Shown here: positions 57,244 to 64,000 of the stretch, piece by piece | Layout of the letters: each line of letters starts with the position of its first letter | Position numbering within the stretch: position 1 is the stretch's first letter | Made by a program: the position numbers and the translations under genes | Assembly: GCF_006345805.1 (NCBI RefSeq) | Contig: NC_043003.1 | Location: forward strand, 44,330,001-44,394,000 | Length of the DNA: 64,000 nucleotides | Source of the DNA: Octopus sinensis | Lineage: Eukaryota | Reading direction: 5' to 3' | The notes under the pieces: generated by a model | The model's database searches: none | Told to the model about the DNA's origin: nothing | The model's input: only the letters and a program-made list of their open reading frames with translations

Positions 57244-57386
57244 TTTCACTTTTTCTCTAGAAAATCCACTCAACAGCCATTGGGCGGCCCAGACCCACCC
57301 GACGAAGTTGTTGGCTCGAAGTGCAGCGCAGTGCGACCCGACCCGGGACCTTGTGATCGGGAAGCAAAACTCTAATCACACAGGCT
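57244..57386 (-). mobile_element. SINE family B head, diverged
   Basis: aaaatccactcaac..ccgggaccttgtgatcgggaagcaaaactctaatcacacagg resembles the other heads. Confidence 0.55.
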
Positions 57387-57944
57387 GGTATGTATCTATA
57401 TACAAATGCATGCACACACATAAGCACACGCACGCACAAACACACATATACACACAAAAAAAACATACACACATACACAGTCATACGCACACACGTTATG
57501 GACCTATGCAGTACCTATGCAAACAAATATAATAACATTTTTATAGATTAGGGTAAGTTATGAAGTTTAATCATTTTCATCTCTTATTGAGAATATATAC
57601 GATGTTTCTACATGATATAACCAATCCTAGAAAAATATACAGCCAATCCGTATATATACACAGATGCTGAATCGTCGGAGGACTGGAAATACTACTTATT
57701 TAATTATAGAGATTTAATATTTTATTTAATATCAGCTTTCTCAGAATAGGGGAATTCAGTTGACATGGTATCAAGGTATGGCATGTTATATGTAAACGTC
57801 CGTAACGGACAAAATGCTAAATTTAACTATTTCTCCGCACACTGAGTAAATTATGGAACAAATAAATACATGCATATATACTTACATATTATAAGTGTGT
57901 GCGTGTGTGCGTGTGTATATACACACACATACATTCATATGTAT

Positions 57945-57996
<52 letters not shown>

Positions 57997-58589
57997 GTAT
58001 ATATATATATGCATGTATGTATATGAACTGAAGTTATAAACATATACTCACAAACATGAATAAATATTTACTAATTGTGATACTCATAAACAAATTCAGA
58101 AAAAAACTTATAAACTAGCAATATATTACGATTTCACAAAAAATTATTATTTACTCAAAAAAAAAACATCATTTGTTATATGATTTTTATAGCCTAAAAC
58201 TATTTATTTACACATACTGGCCTAGACTTACTTTATAGCATTCGAATATATTTTCAGACAGCAAATTACATATGCACATATTATGTAGAAAAAAAATTGA
58301 AAGAAACATTTGATTTGAAAGAAATAAATATTTAAGAAAACGATCAGCAGCAGCCGGTAAATTGCCTCACTTGTCAAAATTTATGCATATTCACCACTAT
58401 ATACATATAAATATATGCATAAATACACACGCACACCCACACACAAAAAAATCACAACACATACACGCACGCGCATCTACAATCTTATATGTGTGTATGT
58501 GAGTCTGCATATACTCATATAAGAATATATGTATATAGTATATATATACGAATATATATGTAAAAATATGGATGTCTGTATATATATAT

Positions 58590-58639
<50 letters not shown>

Positions 58640-58699
58640 TTAATCCAAACGGGAAACAAAAAAACAACAACAATGGAACAATTACAGTAATTATTAATA

Positions 58700-58830
58700 G
58701 GCGCTCAGGAAATGGAAGCAGGGAGGTATGACGTTTCGAGCGGAGCTCTTCGTCGGAAACATAGAGAAGGAAGAGAGAGGAAAGAAAGATCCCAGAGCGG
58801 GCAACAGGGAAAGAGAAAAAAGACGACTGG
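58700..58830 (-). mobile_element. PLE pseudo-LTR fragment with minimal hammerhead-like motif
   Basis: Minus strand CCGACGA-A-GAGC-TCC-GCTC-GAAACGTC at 58756-58730. Confidence 0.6.
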
Positions 58831-58843
58831 TGTTTACGAGTTG

Positions 58844-58891
<48 letters not shown>

Positions 58892-59442
58892 ATATTATAT
58901 ATATATATACAAGCATACGTACACACATACATAAAAAACATACATACATACGTACATACATCCTTCATACATACACACATATATACTTGTCAGTATCCAG
59001 AGTGAACCAGAGACAGAGATCTAACTGTATAGCTGTCTCTTTTTTCTATTTTGAGTCATTTTTTTTTATATATTTGTCAAATTCATAGTAGCCTAGGTAT
59101 ATACTCGTCTAAAAATAAATTTCATTTTACATAGCCACTCAAAATGCAGATGAATTTAGGAAATATGGAGAAAGACTCAATTATAGGAAATAACTGAACG
59201 TTCGACAATATCTGCACTAAGCGTTTGATATACACATATATTCACATATATACACACACATACACACACACACGCACACACACGCACACACACACATATA
59301 TATATGTGTGTGTATGTATATATATATATAGATAGATAGAGTATATATATGTATATATATATATGTTATATATATATATATATATAGATATGTATATATT
59401 ATATGTATATATATATATATATGTATATATATAATATATATA

Positions 59443-59474
<32 letters not shown>

Positions 59475-59801
59475 CATATATATGTATATATATTATATTC
59501 ATATAATATACATATAGATACATACATGGATATATAAACACGCATATATATATATATATATATTCATATATATGTGTGTGTGTATGTGTGTTTTTGTGGT
59601 TACTATATGATTTGCATATTGTCTTCAATTCAGGTGAATTACAAAATAGTTTTCATCAATTTTATAATTGATCCTTAGAAGTATTAGTGTAGTAGAAATC
59701 TCTGCATATTATAGTGATATGTATGTAATTGTTTGCCGATTAAATTACGCCACAAACTACAATCCCACATAACCATGATGGTGCATAAACGATACAATAT
59801 A

Positions 59802-61107
59802 CGAGGGGCGTTCAATAAGTAATGCCCCTTACCCGCTTGCAGTTGTTTGATCTAGCTAAAATTTTGCCTGTACAATTATTTATATATCTACCGATTAAGT
59901 GGTAAATTACAGCTCTGAAATAATTGTGGTTTCTGATTTACAGGTATTTGAACTGAGTCAAGTGGGAAATGGAGCCTGTTGAGTATCGAGCAGTGATCCG
60001 GTTTTTGTATTTGAAAGGACGCACACCACGGGGGACTTTTGATGAAATGAAAGTAACTTATGGTGATGATGCCCCATCATATGAACTTGTAAAACGCTGG
60101 CATCGTGAATTCAAACATGGTCCGAACTCTATGGAAACAGCTCCCAGATCTGGTCGCCCCCTTCTGCCATTGATAAGGCATCTGTCCGTCAAGTTGAGGC
60201 TGTCATTTTGGAAGATCGACGCATAACTATTCGCCAAATAGCGCATGAGGTCAAGATTAGCACTGGGTCTGTGGAAACTATCATTCATGACCATTTGCAT
60301 ATGCAATAGGTGTCTGCCAGACGGATTCTCAGGTTGCTCACACCTTTCCAGAAGCAAGAACGCGTCGATTGCTCGAGGATGAATTTAGAGATGTGCCAAG
60401 AAGATGAGTCAAAATTTTTCAAAAGACTGATTACACAGGATGAAACCTGGGTCCATCACTATGATCCAGAGACCAAAGCCCAGTCAATGCAGTGGAAGCA
60501 CCGTGACTCACCTCCTCCAAAGAAGGCAAGGGTACAGCCCTCCGCTGGCAAGTTCATGCTCACAGTCTTCTGGGACCAGGACGGAGTAATGATGACAGAT
60601 TTCCTGGCCAAGGGTACCACAATTACAGGGGTCTATTATGCTTCACTTTTGAGGAAATTAAGAGAAGCTATCAAAATCAAGAGGCGGGGCAAGATGAGCA
60701 AAGTCATCCTCCTCCTGCAGGACAACGCTCCGATCCACAACTCGCGTGTCGCCAGATCAGAAGCACAGGCGTGCGGCTATGAACTCGTCCCCCATTCCCT
60801 TTACTCTCCTGACCTTGCACCCTCTCATTTTCACCTCTTCCCAGCCATGAAGTTGTTTTTGAAAGGAAAGCGTTTCCCAGATGATGCAGCTTTGATTTCT
60901 GAAGTCACATCGTGGCTGGAGGACCAAGCTGGGGTCTTCTACAAAAACGGTCTTCAGAGTTGCATCAAACAATGGGTAAATCTGGGTGGTAACTCTGCGT
61001 AACTCTGGGTGGGTCCTATGTAGAAAAAGACTAATAACTGTGCCAAGTTTCGTTGCTCTACTGCTATGGGAAGTGGGTCAGGGGCATTACTTATTGAACG
61101 CCCCTCG
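59802..61107 (+). mobile_element. Full-length mariner (Tc1/mariner) transposon, 1306 bp
   Basis: Perfect 28-bp TIRs cgaggggcgttcaataagtaatgcccct (59802-59829, 61080-61107); TA on both sides. Confidence 0.97.
59969..61034 (+). pseudogene. Mariner D,D34D-type transposase pseudogene
   Basis: TQDETW, QDNA, YSPDLAPS motifs; frameshift near 60160; TAG at 60307-60309; third catalytic Asp replaced by His; small duplication before VEKD*. Confidence 0.95.
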
Positions 61108-62448
61108 TAATATGGCGCACATATGCTTCAGTTGGACGTCGGCTATATTACGAGACATCGAATACATTTGAATGCGTTCGCTCAGCCGAATTTCAATACC
61201 GGTGATTGTTAATGTCTACCATTTTATTTTGTTTTAAAATAACCGAAGCAGTTATTAAATATTGTCGTTGAAGATATCCTTTAGAAGACTGCATATTCTG
61301 CTTAATTGCTTAGTATAACTTGAGGCTGTATGGTAACGACACTAGTACAATTTCGTTGACCGCAGAATGGAAATGCAATAATGGAGACTCATAAAATTCA
61401 AACAAAAGCACTATGAGGATATGTTTTAATTAATTATATGATGAAGTCGATTAACTTAAAATACGTGCAGCGGAGCGATGGTTTCCAAATAAAAATAGGA
61501 AGTACGGTATTTTCATTTGCATTGCTAATATAAAATGAATGTCTACGCCGTTACCAAAGAGTGGGTTGTCCATAATCATCAATAAAACAACCTCGATGTA
61601 TCAAGTGTAAGAGTATTGAAGCATCTTTTAGATTATCGTGGTGACATCATGTCCAACAAGTACATGTAGTACATACAGTTCATAATGGTTTAGTGTGTGC
61701 ATTTCGGCAATACAAGACAATTCCTAAGGGTATACATCGTAATGGTCATCACTACAAAGATTTCTTTTTCCTAAAGTTTGGATCTGATAGGTATTATGAT
61801 AGTGATGTTATTTCGTATGGCTAACTGCTGAAGGAAAGGTAAATTTAAATAGAGAAACTCCATTAAGAGGGAAAATATCTTAAAACTATAGTTCCTATAA
61901 TTTAATTGTAGCTCAGGTTTTGAATACGGGTTATTTTGCATAAATTTAATCAGCTTTATTCGCATGTTGCAGCGAAAGCTGTATTACGCACATTCAAGTA
62001 GCTATTTCAGATTAAATTTGTATTGCCTTTCATTCAAATAAGGAATTGCAATAAGCACTCGGTTATATGAGAGCATTCTAGTACTCAGGTGAATTCTTAA
62101 CGAAGCTTGAAGCATGACAGGAAATTATTTGTTTTCTTGCATTACAATAATAAAAAATTTCACTTATAGCAGTTTAAATTTCCACGTAGGGTATGTAATT
62201 AATAAGACTATTGAAATATATAATCAAAGACTACACTCTGTACATGGAATGCCTGATGTGATTTTGTCATTTGTTATGTCATTTTGTTGTTTCATTATGA
62301 AATTGTGTAATCCTATTTGCCACCTCTTCCTATATATTTTCATGTCTGTGTGCCCGGTTTATGTATCTGTGCTTACATCATTGCCTGTTACGCACAGTTG
62401 TATACATATATGTGCCTATTCGTATACTCTTATATAGATGTGAAAGTA

Positions 62449-62513
<65 letters not shown>

Positions 62514-64000
62514 TGCTTAAATGTAAGTGTAAGGGTGAGTGTATAAATCCAAGAAGATACGACTATAGACGTATCTTAACGTGACTAATCTGTACACATA
62601 TATATATATATATATGCAGGACTGTGTAAATGTGTGACTCTCTTAATATGTCTGTGTGAGTACGTAAAGGATGTATATCGATAGTGATGACCGTATTTAT
62701 GAGTGTACAAGTACCATTAAAACACGCCCACTAGACCCAGGCAAAGTGCAGTGCAAAATGCGTGACTACTCACACGGCGGTATCGTATCACTGGTCATTA
62801 ATGGGCACCGACGTTATTAATGCATACCTAAATATGTGTACGAGTGCGTGTAAGTGTGCCAGACCACGCGTACGTGTGTGTTTGTATATGCATGTGCATT
62901 TGTACGAGCACGTATACGTCCGCCAGGCCACGTGTGTGCGGACGTTTGTACATCCATATCTACAGCGAATTTTACTAAATCACTGTTATATACTACTTCA
63001 ATTTCAACAAGTCTTTCCTTCTGTATTTGGAATTTAAGACGTCTTTAATGAATTCTGCAGCCCGTATTGGTTTAGTATACTACACTGTAGCCTTTAAATA
63101 TTCAAATTTTGGGGTTCCCAAAATCTTAGAATGCGTCATCAAATCCATAACTATTTAATAAATAGATAAGCATTGCAAAGTAATTTTTTAAAAAATGAAT
63201 CATTTACAAGTATATGTAGCCTTCTTCAATAGTGCCTTTCCTTCTCTGAATATTCATAAATAATAGCAGGGAAGTTCAAAACCCTCATATTCTATCTTTA
63301 ATCAATTCATTTCATATTATTGTCCATATATTTAAACACTGGATCAGATAAAACCTGCCCCATAATTATGTATGATATAAAAGTACGTAATGACTAGATG
63401 TTGTACAACTAAATGAGAAATCAAATTGCGAAATTATCACAAAAGAGCTTTGAAATATATTCGAACAACATTTAAATAATTCAAACATTTCTGAAAGGAA
63501 GTTTACAGTCTAATATTTGACTATAAGTGGATTTTTATTCTGCTATAAACTAATAATAACCTCTCATGCCAGAATTGACGGGACTGGTCATTTCGTTTTC
63601 TCTGTGCAGTCCATTAAGCAGTGGATCAATATCCTACAGTCATTAGATAAGGCTGAGAAAATTAGCTTTAAACTTCACAGATTTAGACGCAAAAAACGTA
63701 GATGTGTGATGGAATTTTTGCTTCGTTAAATATATTTCTTTTTTATGATGTACAAAGACTGAAGTGACTTCACAAGTTAGGAAAAAATTTTGCTTTTCTC
63801 AAAGGTAATCTATAATAGGTAATGACTGAAATCAATTACCTAGTTTCTTAAATCTATGAATTATTTGAAACGGAGATGAGCTTGTGTTCTTTCCAAAAAT
63901 GACTCTTTCTATACACACACTAACTGTTATCGGGATAATAAAAATAATGGAACACCGCTCCCACGTGGAGAGCGGTATGGTGGTATGTGATGGTTGTTAC

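Overview
AT-rich eukaryotic DNA, very dense in microsatellites, with no recognisable host protein-coding exon. It is either intergenic or lies inside a large intron. The tRNA-derived SINE families and the TA/CA/GATA/triplet load look like octopus (inference). Almost all ORFs in the track are read-throughs of simple repeats. The real content is decayed mobile elements: Penelope-like elements (PLEs) of at least three types, two Tx1/L1-clade LINE copies embedded in (CTAT)n, CR1-, HERO- and R4-like LINE relics, one full-length but inactivated mariner (59802-61107, perfect 28-bp TIRs), a mariner derivative with two 5' ends (two copies), many SINEs and a tRNA-Gly(GCC) pseudogene. Best leads: (i) a 244-bp palindrome with two back-to-back hammerhead-ribozyme-like cores; (ii) a tRNA-Gly/Tx1-3'-end fusion inside a GATA microsatellite, a possible nascent SINE; (iii) apparent (CTAT)n targeting by that Tx1 family; (iv) a canonical PLE GIY-YIG joined upstream of a Naiad-like RT; (v) SINE 3' junctions that all fall on GGTATT. 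All family assignments come from motif recognition by eye; no database search was run.
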